The position numbers and the translations under genes were made by a program. Below the pieces are notes generated by a model that was not told the origin of the DNA, ran no database searches, and saw only the letters and a list, made by a program, of their open reading frames with translations. 64,000 nucleotides of DNA, taken from positions 25,408-89,407 of the forward strand of contig CACYHX010000002.1 in assembly GCA_902774365.1 (NCBI GenBank), read 5' to 3'. Shown piece after piece: positions 54,644 through 63,992 of the stretch (the first letter of the stretch is position 1; each line of letters begins with the position of its first letter). This stretch comes from an uncultured Bacteroidia bacterium. GTDB taxonomy: Bacteria; Bacteroidota; Bacteroidia; Bacteroidales; F082.

Positions 54644-56101
54644 ATGTTTGAGGACGAAGAAGAATATTTTGAACACGAGGAAGAGATGAAAAAAGCCATC
54701 GAAAGGTACGAGGAAATGCTTAAGGCAAACGACTCGGCATATTTCGATAGTGAGGAGTTTGAATACATCATCGACCACTACACCAAAAACAACCAACTGA
54801 AGCGCTCACGCCAGGCGGTGGAGCTTGCCATGGCCCAGCATCCTGAGAGTAGCATGCTGAAAATCAAGTTGGCGAGGCAGTACCTTTTGGAAAACGACGC
54901 CCAACGCGCTTTCGACATCATGCAACATGTGGAACGTGTCGACGACGAAGAAGACCCCGATTATTTCCTCACCCTCGGCTCCTGTCTGGCCGTCCTGGGC
55001 AAGTCGGAAGAGGCCTTGGAGAACTACTTCAGTGCCCTGCCCTATTTCGACGAAGACGAGAAGTTCGACCTCTACAACGCCATCGCATACGAGTACCAGC
55101 ACATGAGGGAATACGACCTCGCCCTTGAGTTCTACAACAAGGCCCTGCCCTACGCCGAAGACCCCGACACCATCTATCACGAGATACGTTGCTGCTTCCT
55201 CAGCGCAGGCCGCAAGGAAGAAGCCCTCGCCTACTTCCATCAGATGATCGACAAGGACCCGTACAACAGCAAGGCCTGGACCAACATCGGCGACATCTAC
55301 CGCATGATGGGACAATACGAGGAAAGCATCGACCCTTACGAATACGCCCTCAGCATCGACCCAGAAGACCTCTGGACCAACATGCACCTGGCCGACATCT
55401 ATTACGACCTCGGCCGCTACAAGGAAGCCATCGACACCCTTGAAGAAGCCCTGCGCAACGGCATCGAGACCTCGATGATACACACCACCATTGGCGACTG
55501 CTACTACCGTCTCAACGACCTGCAAAGCGCCGAGGAGCATTTCAGCAAGGCATTGGAAATCAACCCGATGGTAGGCTCTGGCTATGCAGGTCTCGGCTAT
55601 GTCTTCAGCGACCGCGGCCAAAGCAAAAAAGCCATCAAGTATTTCGAGAAAGCCCTGGAGCTAGAGCCTTGGGAGACCGACCATCTCTACTCCATCGCCA
55701 CCGACTACATGAAGCTCAAGGAATACGACAAGGCCATGGACTACCTGCGTAAGATCCAAGAGGAGACGCCCAACGACGCCGACGCCTATTACTACATAGC
55801 CGACCTCTACGGGCAGCAGGACAAAATCGACGAAGCCATCAACACCATCAAATTCGGGCTGCTGCAAACCGACAACGACCCGTCGCTGCTGTATCTGCTC
55901 GCCTATGCCTACTACGTGAAAGGGCAGCCCCAGCAAGGCCTTGAGGCCCTCGACCAAGCCCTTGACGCCGACTTCGAGCTGTGGCCCGACTTCATAGAAT
56001 ACGACCGCGAGTTGCTCGCCAACGACGCCGACATCCTCGCCCTTATCGAACAACACAAGAAAAACCAAGAAAACCAACCTACCGACCAGCCCAAAGAATG
56101 A
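54644..56101 (+). CDS. Tetratricopeptide-repeat (TPR) protein
   Basis: Start at MFEDEEEYFEHEEEMKKAIERYEEML (the ORF extends upstream to 54302, antisense to the neighbouring gene). Multiple 34-aa TPR units (e.g. AWTNIGDIYRMMGQYEESIDPYEYALSIDPED). Confidence 0.85.
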   Translation: MFEDEEEYFEHEEEMKKAIERYEEMLKANDSAYFDSEEFEYIIDHYTKNNQLKRSRQAVELAMAQHPESSMLKIKLARQYLLENDAQRAFDIMQHVERVDDEEDPDYFLTLGSCLAVLGKSEEALENYFSALPYFDEDEKFDLYNAIAYEYQHMREYDLALEFYNKALPYAEDPDTIYHEIRCCFLSAGRKEEALAYFHQMIDKDPYNSKAWTNIGDIYRMMGQYEESIDPYEYALSIDPEDLWTNMHLADIYYDLGRYKEAIDTLEEALRNGIETSMIHTTIGDCYYRLNDLQSAEEHFSKALEINPMVGSGYAGLGYVFSDRGQSKKAIKYFEKALELEPWETDHLYSIATDYMKLKEYDKAMDYLRKIQEETPNDADAYYYIADLYGQQDKIDEAINTIKFGLLQTDNDPSLLYLLAYAYYVKGQPQQGLEALDQALDADFELWPDFIEYDRELLANDADILALIEQHKKNQENQPTDQPKE

Positions 56102-56592
56102 ACAAATACATCTATATCTTCCTCATCGCCATGGTGCCACTCATCGAGCTGAGAGGTGCCATCCCGTTTGCCTATGCATTCCATACCGCCGACCCTGAGT
56201 TCAGCCTGTTATGGAGCTACGTCATCATCGCCATCGGCAACATGCTGCCCGTGCCTTTCATCTTTTTCTTCGCGCGTAAGGTGCTGGAATGGGGAAAGGA
56301 TGTCAAAGTCCGCTGGTTCAGCAAGTTCTGCATCTGGTGCCTCGAAAAAGGCGAGAAAGGCGGTCAGAAGTTGCAAGCCAAGGCGGGACGCGGCCTCTAT
56401 GTTGCCTTACTACTCTTCGTCGGCATACCGCTGCCTGGCACTGGAGCCTGGACGGGGACATTGGCAGCCAGTTTCCTGGACATGGACTTCAAGAAGAGCG
56501 TGCTGGCCGTCATCGGCGGCGTCATCCTTGCCAGCGTGATAGTCGGCGTCGTGTGCACCTTGGGATTTGGGGCGATATTTGGAATTAAATGA
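56098..56592 (+). CDS. Small membrane protein, COG2426 / small-multidrug-export-like
   Basis: MNKYIYIFLIAMVPLIELRGAIPFAYAF... with 4 TM segments. The ATG overlaps the TPR gene stop (ATGA). Confidence 0.7.
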   Translation: MNKYIYIFLIAMVPLIELRGAIPFAYAFHTADPEFSLLWSYVIIAIGNMLPVPFIFFFARKVLEWGKDVKVRWFSKFCIWCLEKGEKGGQKLQAKAGRGLYVALLLFVGIPLPGTGAWTGTLAASFLDMDFKKSVLAVIGGVILASVIVGVVCTLGFGAIFGIK

Positions 56593-57338
56593 CAGACATG
56601 AAAAGATACGGATTGATAGGCCATCCATTGAAGCACTCGCAGTCGAGGGTGCTCTTCAACAAGAAATTCGAATACGAGGGCTTGGACTGCCGCTACCAGA
56701 ACTTCGACCTCAAGAGCATCGAAGAGCTTCACGACGTGCTGGAACGCTACCCCGACCTCTGCGGCTTCAACGTGACCATACCTTACAAGGAGGCTATCAT
56801 TCCGTTTTTGGACGAGATTGACCCTGTGGCCAAGGAAGTGGGCGCCGTCAACGTGGTGAAGGTTACTGAGGGCAAGATGAAAGGCTACAACAGCGACGTG
56901 TATGGCTTCGAGCAGCTACTCAACCGCGCCATCAACGGCAAAGACATCGAGCACGCCTTGGTTTTGGGCACTGGTGGTGCTTCCAAGGCCGTGCAGTATG
57001 TGCTGAAGCAAAAAGGCATCCCCTATTCCACCGTCAGCCGCAGTGCCGATCGTGGCGACCTCACCTACGACACATTGACCGACGACATCCTGCGACAGAA
57101 CCACCTTATCATTAATACAACGCCCTTGGGCATGGCCCCGCAAGTCGACAACTTCCCCGACATCCACTACCAAGCCCTGGACAACAAGCATATCCTCATC
57201 GACTTGATCTACAACCCGAAAGAGACATCGTTTATGGAGCTGGGCAGAAGTTGGGGCGCGAAGGCCTACAACGGCATGCAAATGTTTGAGGAGCAAGCGA
57301 AAAAGACCTGGGAGATTTTTTGTGATGATAACAAGTAA
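56589..57338 (+). CDS. aroE: Shikimate dehydrogenase
   Basis: YGLIGHPLKHSQSRVLFNKKF (substrate-binding N-terminus), GFNVTIPYK, and the NAD(P) loop LVLGTGGASKAV. ATGA overlap with the upstream gene. Confidence 0.9.
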   Translation: MTDMKRYGLIGHPLKHSQSRVLFNKKFEYEGLDCRYQNFDLKSIEELHDVLERYPDLCGFNVTIPYKEAIIPFLDEIDPVAKEVGAVNVVKVTEGKMKGYNSDVYGFEQLLNRAINGKDIEHALVLGTGGASKAVQYVLKQKGIPYSTVSRSADRGDLTYDTLTDDILRQNHLIINTTPLGMAPQVDNFPDIHYQALDNKHILIDLIYNPKETSFMELGRSWGAKAYNGMQMFEEQAKKTWEIFCDDNK

Positions 57339-57357
57339 CAATATGGCCGTCAGCTGT

Positions 57358-57414
57358 CAGCAATCAGCCGTCAGCTATAGTAACAACAAGCTGATAGCTG
57401 ACTGCTGATAGCTG
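57358..57414. repeat. Long imperfect hairpin (21-bp arms) built from TCAGC/GCTGA-type words, downstream of aroE
   Basis: CAGCAATCAGCCGTCAGCTAT - 15 nt - ATAGCTGACTGCTGATAGCTG (19/21 paired). It is followed by an A8 run rather than a T run, so it is not a canonical terminator. Confidence 0.6.
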
Positions 57415-57428
57415 ATAGCAAAAAAAAT

Positions 57429-58871
57429 ATGGCGAGACAAAAAGTAAAACGAGAACCTGAATATTTGGAAGACGTCGAGATCATCGACGCTGGTGCAGAA
57501 GGCATGTCGGTGGCCAAACCCGAAGGGCGCGTGGTCTTCATCCCCTTTGGCGTGCCTGGCGACGTGGTCGACATCGAGGTGTACAAACGCAAGAAGAATT
57601 TCTTCGAAGGCAAAATCTTGAACTTCAAGAAGATGTCGGACAAGCGCGTGGAGCCGGTTTGCCAACATTTCGGTCTCTGCGGCGGCTGTAAGTGGCAGCA
57701 TGAAGCCTACGAGTGGCAGATCTTCTACAAACAGAAGCAGGTGAAGGACAACTTCGACCGCATCGGCAAGATTGAATACCCCGAGATACGTCCAATAATA
57801 GGCTGTGAGAAGCAGTTCCACTATCGTAACAAGTTGGAATACACCTTCTCCAACCGCAAGTGGCTCACCGACGGCGCACCCACAGGCACCCACGACGAAG
57901 ACGCCTGCAAAGGTCTGGGCTTCCATCTGCCACAGCTCTTTGACCGCGTGGTCGACATCGAGCTGTGCCATCTACAAGCCGACCCGTCGAACGACATCCG
58001 ACTCTTCGTCAGGCGCTTCACGATGGAACGCCACCTGCCCTACTATAACTTCCGTGCACACGAAGGCTTGTTGCGCAACCTTGTCATCCGCTGCAACTCG
58101 AAGGGCGAGTTCATGGTCATCCTCGTCGTTAGTGAAGAGAACGACGTGGTGCGCCATGAACTGATGCCTGCCTTGGAGATGGCCTTCCCGCAAATCGTGT
58201 CGTTGCTACTCGTCATCAACCCGAAACTCAACGACATCATCAACGACCTGCCGTTTGAGTGTCTCAAGGGAGAGCCTTACCTCATCGAGACCATGAAATC
58301 GCCTCGACCGGGCTATGACGACCTCAAGTTCCGCATCGGTCCGGTGTCGTTCTTCCAGACCAACGTCTACCAAGCCGAGCGACTCTACAAGACCGCCTTC
58401 GACCTCGCCGAGGTGCAAGGCGACGAGCTGATGTACGACCTCTACACGGGCACGGGCACCATCGCCCAGTATTTCTCACGTTTCGTGAAGAAAGTCGTCG
58501 GCATCGAGTATGTGGAGGCTGCCATCGCCGACGCCAAGGTGAACGCCGACATCAACGGCATCACCAACTGCGTGTTTTATGCAGGCGACATGGCCAAGGT
58601 GTTCACCGACGACTTCATTGAAACGAACGGCCGACCCGACCTCATCGTCACCGACCCGCCCCGTGCAGGCATGGCCGAAAAGGTGGTGGAGCAGCTGTTT
58701 AAGATACGTGCCCAGAAGATCGTGTATGTGAGTTGCAACCCTGCCACGCAAGCCCGCGACCTGCAGCTGTTGGATTCAGCCTATAAGGTCATGGCGGTGC
58801 AACCCGTCGACATGTTCCCCCACACACAACATGTGGAGAATGTGTGTCTGTTGAAGTTAAGAGAGTCTTAG
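57429..58871 (+). CDS. rlmD: 23S rRNA (uracil-C5)-methyltransferase RlmD/RumA family
   Basis: TRAM domain at the N-terminus, 4Fe-4S cysteines CQHFGLCGGCKWQH, SAM motif DLYTGTGTI, and catalytic VYVSCNPAT. Confidence 0.9.
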   Translation: MARQKVKREPEYLEDVEIIDAGAEGMSVAKPEGRVVFIPFGVPGDVVDIEVYKRKKNFFEGKILNFKKMSDKRVEPVCQHFGLCGGCKWQHEAYEWQIFYKQKQVKDNFDRIGKIEYPEIRPIIGCEKQFHYRNKLEYTFSNRKWLTDGAPTGTHDEDACKGLGFHLPQLFDRVVDIELCHLQADPSNDIRLFVRRFTMERHLPYYNFRAHEGLLRNLVIRCNSKGEFMVILVVSEENDVVRHELMPALEMAFPQIVSLLLVINPKLNDIINDLPFECLKGEPYLIETMKSPRPGYDDLKFRIGPVSFFQTNVYQAERLYKTAFDLAEVQGDELMYDLYTGTGTIAQYFSRFVKKVVGIEYVEAAIADAKVNADINGITNCVFYAGDMAKVFTDDFIETNGRPDLIVTDPPRAGMAEKVVEQLFKIRAQKIVYVSCNPATQARDLQLLDSAYKVMAVQPVDMFPHTQHVENVCLLKLRES

Positions 58872-59372
58872 ACCTTCTAATCGTCTCACAAGGTCATCCA
58901 AATCTAAGTCTTCCGACTTCACCGTGATTTGTGCCTGTTCGTAGAAGGGTAGTCGTGAGGCATAATGCTGGTTGACAAATTCCATAAGCTCCGCTTCGCT
59001 TTTACCCTCGGCCAAGGGACGCTTGTGCCTCGAATGGAGGACCCTGTCGACAGCGGCCGTGGAGCTGATGCGCAAGAAAACGGTCAAGCCATGCCGGTTC
59101 ATCCAATCCATGTTGTCGAAGTAGCAGGCCGTGCCGCCGCCAGTGGAGACGACTACGTTTTCCATGCTTTCCGTTGATTTCAGCACCTCCGACTCCAATT
59201 TACGGTAGAGGTCCTCGTCGTATTTTTTGAAGAAATCACAGACTGAAATCCTATATTTCTCCTCAAACATGGCATCGGTGTCGGCCACCTCCCAGCCGAG
59301 ACGTTGGGCGAGACGACGCGCAGTGGTGGTCTTTCCCGCACCCATGTATCCTACGAGGTAGATTCGATTCAT
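58857..59372 (-). CDS. aroK: Shikimate kinase
   Basis: MNRIYLVGYMGAGKTT Walker A (start at M9 of the ORF, forming an ATGA overlap with the upstream radical SAM stop). VVSTGGG motif. Confidence 0.9.
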   Translation of the reverse strand: MNRIYLVGYMGAGKTTTARRLAQRLGWEVADTDAMFEEKYRISVCDFFKKYDEDLYRKLESEVLKSTESMENVVVSTGGGTACYFDNMDWMNRHGLTVFLRISSTAAVDRVLHSRHKRPLAEGKSEAELMEFVNQHYASRLPFYEQAQITVKSEDLDLDDLVRRLEGLRLS

Positions 59373-60445
59373 GACTTCAGAAATTCGAACTGACACAACT
59401 GCAATTTCCCATCTCCATCGCGCAGATGCATCCCATTACCCTGACAATACCTCCACATCTTGCAATCGGCGCATTGGTCGGTCTTCATCCATCTTCGGTC
59501 GCGGTAGACTTGGAACTTGTTTTGCCAAACGTCCCAGAAGCTGTCCTGATAAATGTTGCCCTGATGATAGTCGCTGCGGATGCTAAGACAGCCCGAGATG
59601 GCACCATTGGCAAGCACCGAGGCGATGTTGATGCCTGCGCTGCACGAATAATAATGATTGCGCACCTCGCCTTCATATTTTCCAAGGAATCCGTCGCAGC
59701 CATAGTCGGCACGAATCTTGCCCTCCAGACGGGTTTGCTTGATGAATTCCATCATCTGCACAAACTGCTCTTTGCTGAGCTTGAACACAGGTTCGTTGGC
59801 GGCACGGCCGAAAGGAAACACAGTAAACAGGCGCCAGCGGCGGATGCCTAACGAAATCAAAAAGTCACGAAACTCGGGTAAGTATTTGATGGTGCGCTGG
59901 TTGACGCAGGTAATGACGTCCCAAGTGAGGTCGGGATGTTGTTTCATAGCCTCCACGGCACGCAGCACGTTCTTGTAACTCATGGGATTGCCACGCATCC
60001 AGTTGTGGTCTTCCTCGAAGCCATCGAAGCTCACAGCGATGCTCTTCAACCCAGCCTCGACAAACTCATTGAGTTTCTCGGCGGAAAGCAACATGCCATT
60101 GCACACCATACCCCAATTGAAGCCACGTTTGGTAATCTCGGCGCCACACTGTGCCAAATCATTGCGCATGGTAGGCTCTCCCCCTGTAGTGATAACCATC
60201 ACCTTAGATGGGTCTTGGTGGGCACGCACGTCGTCGAGCACCTTGGCGAAATCGGCGAAGGGCATGTCGTCCTTCTCGGAAAGCATACGACAGTCGGAGC
60301 CGCAATGGCGGCAATTCAAGTTACAACGAAGGGTACATTCCCAAAACAACTGGTGTAGCTCGTGCTCTTCGGTGCGCTGTTGCAGCACGGCGCGGTTGAG
60401 TTCGAGCATCACCTTTTTATAAAAACCCAAACGTTCGCTCATCAC
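59369..60445 (-). CDS. Radical SAM / SPASM-domain enzyme (peptide/protein-modifying maturase type)
   Basis: CNLNCRHC (CxxxCxxC) near the N-terminus. C-terminal auxiliary-cluster cysteines ...CSAG...GCLS...CADCKMWRYCQG, typical of SPASM domains. Confidence 0.85.
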   Translation of the reverse strand: MMSERLGFYKKVMLELNRAVLQQRTEEHELHQLFWECTLRCNLNCRHCGSDCRMLSEKDDMPFADFAKVLDDVRAHQDPSKVMVITTGGEPTMRNDLAQCGAEITKRGFNWGMVCNGMLLSAEKLNEFVEAGLKSIAVSFDGFEEDHNWMRGNPMSYKNVLRAVEAMKQHPDLTWDVITCVNQRTIKYLPEFRDFLISLGIRRWRLFTVFPFGRAANEPVFKLSKEQFVQMMEFIKQTRLEGKIRADYGCDGFLGKYEGEVRNHYYSCSAGINIASVLANGAISGCLSIRSDYHQGNIYQDSFWDVWQNKFQVYRDRRWMKTDQCADCKMWRYCQGNGMHLRDGDGKLQLCQFEFLKS

Positions 60446-60459
60446 GGACGGTTTTTACC

Positions 60460-60918
60460 TCATTGCTGATTCAACTCCTTAAGTTGTTTTTTCAGACCTT
60501 GTATCTCTTCTCTCAAGCGTTGGGTCTCGCGGCCATACTCCTCCATGACCTCGGGTGTGCCATAGACACAGGCGCCTTCCCGATGTTGCAAGGTTGTCTG
60601 AAGGTCGGCAATGCGTTGTTGCAGCGCATAGCGTTGCGCGCTCTTCTCAAGGTCGACGTCTTCGCCCAACTTGGCGTTGATGGAATCAAGCTGGTTTTGA
60701 AGGCGGTAGGTCTCGGCGCCATATCTGGCAATAATTTCAGGCGAGCCATAGACAGCGGCGCCCTCACGGCGGGTCAAAATGTCTTGGATGGAGTCGCGCT
60801 CCCGAATCAACTGTTTGCGTTCCGCCCTCGTGAGGCCTTTGGTTGAGGAGCAACAAGCAGCAAGGAAGGCCAGGCCTGACAAGGCACCAATCCAAACGGT
60901 TCTAACGACTTTTTTCAT
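60460..60918 (-). CDS. Lipoprotein (152 aa) with two internal repeats, radical-SAM-associated
   Basis: Lipobox AFLAAC. Repeats TRREGAAVYGSPEIIARYGAETYRLQNQL and LQHREGACVYGTPEVMEEYGRETQRLREEI. It ends 14 nt before the radical SAM start. Confidence 0.75.
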   Translation of the reverse strand: MKKVVRTVWIGALSGLAFLAACCSSTKGLTRAERKQLIRERDSIQDILTRREGAAVYGSPEIIARYGAETYRLQNQLDSINAKLGEDVDLEKSAQRYALQQRIADLQTTLQHREGACVYGTPEVMEEYGRETQRLREEIQGLKKQLKELNQQ

Positions 60919-61015
60919 CTTTTTGGGTGTTATAACGTGGCAAAGGTAAGAAATAGTTTAGAGTTGAGAGTTGAGAGTTGAGAGTTTTTTTGTTTTGGGA
61001 ATAAAAAAAGATGCA

Positions 61016-61651
61016 TCAGTTGATGCCGATGCCGACGAAAAAGCCGCGGGTCTTAGTGGTTTGTTCAGGCATCCTGTCGAGGTCGTTGAAGCCCAAGCGA
61101 TAGCCGCCGAAAATCATGAAGCCTCTGTATTCCACGAAAAGGCCGCCAGCCGCACCGATTTCGAAGCGACACAGGGCGAGTTCAGGGTAGGACAGGTTTT
61201 CACCGTAGCGGTTGACGGCATGGTCGGCGGCATGGGTTACGATGTCCTTATACTTGCGCGTGAAGTTGATGCCGTACGACAGCGTGGGCCCAGCGAAGAG
61301 GCCGAGACCGACGTCGTGGCCTAGGTCGAAGTCGTAGTTCAGCAACAGGGGCAGATCCATAACGAACTGCCAGTCTTGGGTCTCGAATTGGTCGTCGTTG
61401 CCATTGGCGGAGTTCACACGGATTTGTAGGGCAGGAACGAAGTCGAGGTCGCCGACGATATCGAAACTGTAGTGGATGCCGCCGAAGAAGCCATGGTAAA
61501 GGGTGGAAGCGGACTCCCTATCCGCCACGGCGGGACCTTTGACGACAAGTTTTTGAGGCGCATAACCTGCGAGGAATCCGACTTGGGCGTTGAGTTTTGC
61601 AGCAGGCAACAACAGGGTTGCAAGTGCCAAAAAAAGAATAGTTCTCTTCAT
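61016..61651 (-). CDS. Outer-membrane beta-barrel (porin-family) protein
   Basis: Start at MKRTILFLALATLLLPAAKLNAQ (the ORF extends to 61720 and would overlap GH3). Alternating amphipathic beta-strand pattern with a G/Y/F-rich sequence. Confidence 0.65.
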   Translation of the reverse strand: MKRTILFLALATLLLPAAKLNAQVGFLAGYAPQKLVVKGPAVADRESASTLYHGFFGGIHYSFDIVGDLDFVPALQIRVNSANGNDDQFETQDWQFVMDLPLLLNYDFDLGHDVGLGLFAGPTLSYGINFTRKYKDIVTHAADHAVNRYGENLSYPELALCRFEIGAAGGLFVEYRGFMIFGGYRLGFNDLDRMPEQTTKTRGFFVGIGIN

Positions 61652-61670
61652 ATATTTAAGGATTTTGCTT

Positions 61671-63992
61671 CTATAACGAAATAGAAAAAGTTTTATTTTG
61701 TGCTGTTTTTGCATCACCACCGCACACAGAAACGGTGAAATCGCCCGCCTCTAAATGCCAACCTTTTTCGGTGGAATACACCGAGAGGTCGCGTTGGGTA
61801 AGGTAGAAGGTCGCCTGGCAAGTCTCACCTTTATTAATATGCACGCGCTGGGAGCCTTTCAGCAGCTTGGAGGCTGGGGCGACAGTTGCCACCTCATCGC
61901 GGACGTAAAGTTGGACAACTTCATCGCCGTCGCAAGGACCAATGTTTTTCAGGTTGCAGGTGACTTTGCAGATTGTGTCGTATGGTTTCAATTCATTCGA
62001 GACGCGATGAATCGGCGTCTCTACATGAATGTCACTGTATTCGAATTGGGTATAGCTTAAGCCATAGCCAAATGGATAAAGCGGCTTGGCGGATTCTTCC
62101 ACATAATCACCCGTAGCGGGTTGGGAATAATACACGGGGAGTTGTCCTACCGAACGAGGGATGGAGACGGGCAGACGGCCAGCGGGGTTGTAGTCACCCC
62201 AAAGGATGTCGGCCAAGGCGGAGCCGCCCTCCATGCCAGGATACCACATCGTCAGCAGGGCGTTTGACTTTTCGGCGGCAAGGTTCATGTCCAGTGGGCG
62301 GCCTTGGATGTAAATCGTCACGACGGGTTTGCCCGTGGCATAGATGCGCTGCATCAGTTCCTCTTGCTTGCCTAATAGTCTCAATGTGGAGCGGTCGTAA
62401 CCCTCGCCGCAGTCCATATCGGAAATGCACTCGTTGACGATGGCGGCACCGGTGTCTTCATAGCTCGTCTTGAAGTCGCGGGAAGAGGATCCACCCACAA
62501 CCAACACCACAACATCAGCGGCCTTGGCAATGCTCACTGCCGCGTCGATGTCGGCGTCCTTCTCATCGCGCACGGCACAGCCTTTGGCGTAGCTCACCTC
62601 TGCCCTGCCCTTTTCGCGGATGCCTTCGAGTAGGGTCACGATGCGGTAGGGGTCTTGAGGCGCGGTGTAGTCACCGAGTTGGTTGTACATATTGTCAGCG
62701 TTCGGACCAATGACAGCCACCTTTTTTATGCTCTCGTCGAAAGGCAAAATACCATCGTTTTTGAGTAAAACCGCGGATTCTAATGCCACTTGTTTGGCCA
62801 GCTGGGCGTTCTCTTTCTTGCCCACTTCAGCCTCGGCCATAGCCACGTCAACGTACGGGTTGTCGAACAGTCCGAGGTCGTATTTCAGTTGCAGCACATG
62901 GCGCACGGCCCGGTCGATGTCGGCCTCGGCAACCAAGCCGCGCTGTAAGGCTTCTTTCAGGAAGCCCCCATAGTTATAGCCGCCCAAGTCAATGTCGACA
63001 CCTGCTTTCAAGGCCATGGCAGCGGCTTCGGCAGGGTCGGCGGCCACATGCTGTGTGGCATAGATGGCGTTGACGGCATTCAAATCGGAGAAAACCACAC
63101 CTTTGAAGTCCCATGAATTGCGAAGAATGTCTTGCAACAGCCATTGATTTGCTGAGCAAGGCACACCATCAATGGTGTTGTAGGATGTCATCACGGTCGT
63201 GGCACCGCCTTCGCAAATGGCTTTCTCAAAAGCAGGCAGATAATCGGCCATCAGTCGGTTGGGACCGACATCGGCGGTGGCGGCATTGTGACCGCCTTGC
63301 GGGATGCCATAGGCAGCCAGATGTTTCAAGGTGGCGCAGACATTTTTCTGCATGCCTCTCACGATGGCAGCACCCAGCGTGCCAGCGTGATACGGATCTT
63401 CGCCCATGGTCTCCTCCACCCTCGACCAACGTGGGTCACGGGCGATGTCGAGGACAGGACCATAGCCGATTTGTGCGCCTTGAAGTCGTACTTCCTTCCC
63501 CATCACCTCGCCCATCTGTTCAAGCAACACTGGGTTCCATGTGCTGGCCTGTCCAATACCTGTCGGGAAAACGGTCGTACCTACCGCCATGTGGCCGTGA
63601 GGTGTCTCCTCGCAAAACAGCAGCGGAATGCCAAGCCTCGTGTTTTCGATGGCATGGCGTTGCATCATGTTCAGCAACCTTGCAGACTCACGAGGCTTTA
63701 CACCCGTCTCCACCGTCTTCCTCGACCAAGGGTCGGCACGAAGCACCGCCCAGCAGGAACCGAGTGGCAGGGTGTCCATCATCCCAATGAAATCGTCAGC
63801 GAGCCAAAGCGAATCGCCGTCCTTGCCGTAGAAGTTGAAGCCGATAGGGCAAGTCAGCTGGCCGCATTTCTCCTCGAGAGTCATCTGGGAGAGCAATGTT
63901 TCTACTTTGTCTTGCTTATTGGCACAGGACTGTAATAACAAAACCACCGCTAAAAGGACTATCCATACGCCTTTTACCCTCATGGCGGGCAT
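61671..63992 (-). CDS. bglX: Glycoside hydrolase family 3 beta-glucosidase (BglX-like), lipoprotein
   Basis: Lipobox LLLQSC. GH3 signatures GIPLLFCEETPHG, KHLAAYG, VMTSYN, GVVFSDL, and the C-terminal FnIII-like domain GYGLSYTQFEYS...VVQLYVRD. Confidence 0.9.
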   Translation of the reverse strand: MPAMRVKGVWIVLLAVVLLLQSCANKQDKVETLLSQMTLEEKCGQLTCPIGFNFYGKDGDSLWLADDFIGMMDTLPLGSCWAVLRADPWSRKTVETGVKPRESARLLNMMQRHAIENTRLGIPLLFCEETPHGHMAVGTTVFPTGIGQASTWNPVLLEQMGEVMGKEVRLQGAQIGYGPVLDIARDPRWSRVEETMGEDPYHAGTLGAAIVRGMQKNVCATLKHLAAYGIPQGGHNAATADVGPNRLMADYLPAFEKAICEGGATTVMTSYNTIDGVPCSANQWLLQDILRNSWDFKGVVFSDLNAVNAIYATQHVAADPAEAAAMALKAGVDIDLGGYNYGGFLKEALQRGLVAEADIDRAVRHVLQLKYDLGLFDNPYVDVAMAEAEVGKKENAQLAKQVALESAVLLKNDGILPFDESIKKVAVIGPNADNMYNQLGDYTAPQDPYRIVTLLEGIREKGRAEVSYAKGCAVRDEKDADIDAAVSIAKAADVVVLVVGGSSSRDFKTSYEDTGAAIVNECISDMDCGEGYDRSTLRLLGKQEELMQRIYATGKPVVTIYIQGRPLDMNLAAEKSNALLTMWYPGMEGGSALADILWGDYNPAGRLPVSIPRSVGQLPVYYSQPATGDYVEESAKPLYPFGYGLSYTQFEYSDIHVETPIHRVSNELKPYDTICKVTCNLKNIGPCDGDEVVQLYVRDEVATVAPASKLLKGSQRVHINKGETCQATFYLTQRDLSVYSTEKGWHLEAGDFTVSVCGGDAKTAQNKTFSISL
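61999..62024. repeat. GTAGAGACG-family hairpin embedded in-frame in the GH3 coding sequence
   Basis: Minus-strand GTAGAGACGCCGATTCATCGCGTCTC is 25/26 identical to the intergenic copy at 39563-39588. It is translated as VETPIHRVS within ...FEYSDIHVETPIHRVSNELKPYD... Confidence 0.8.
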
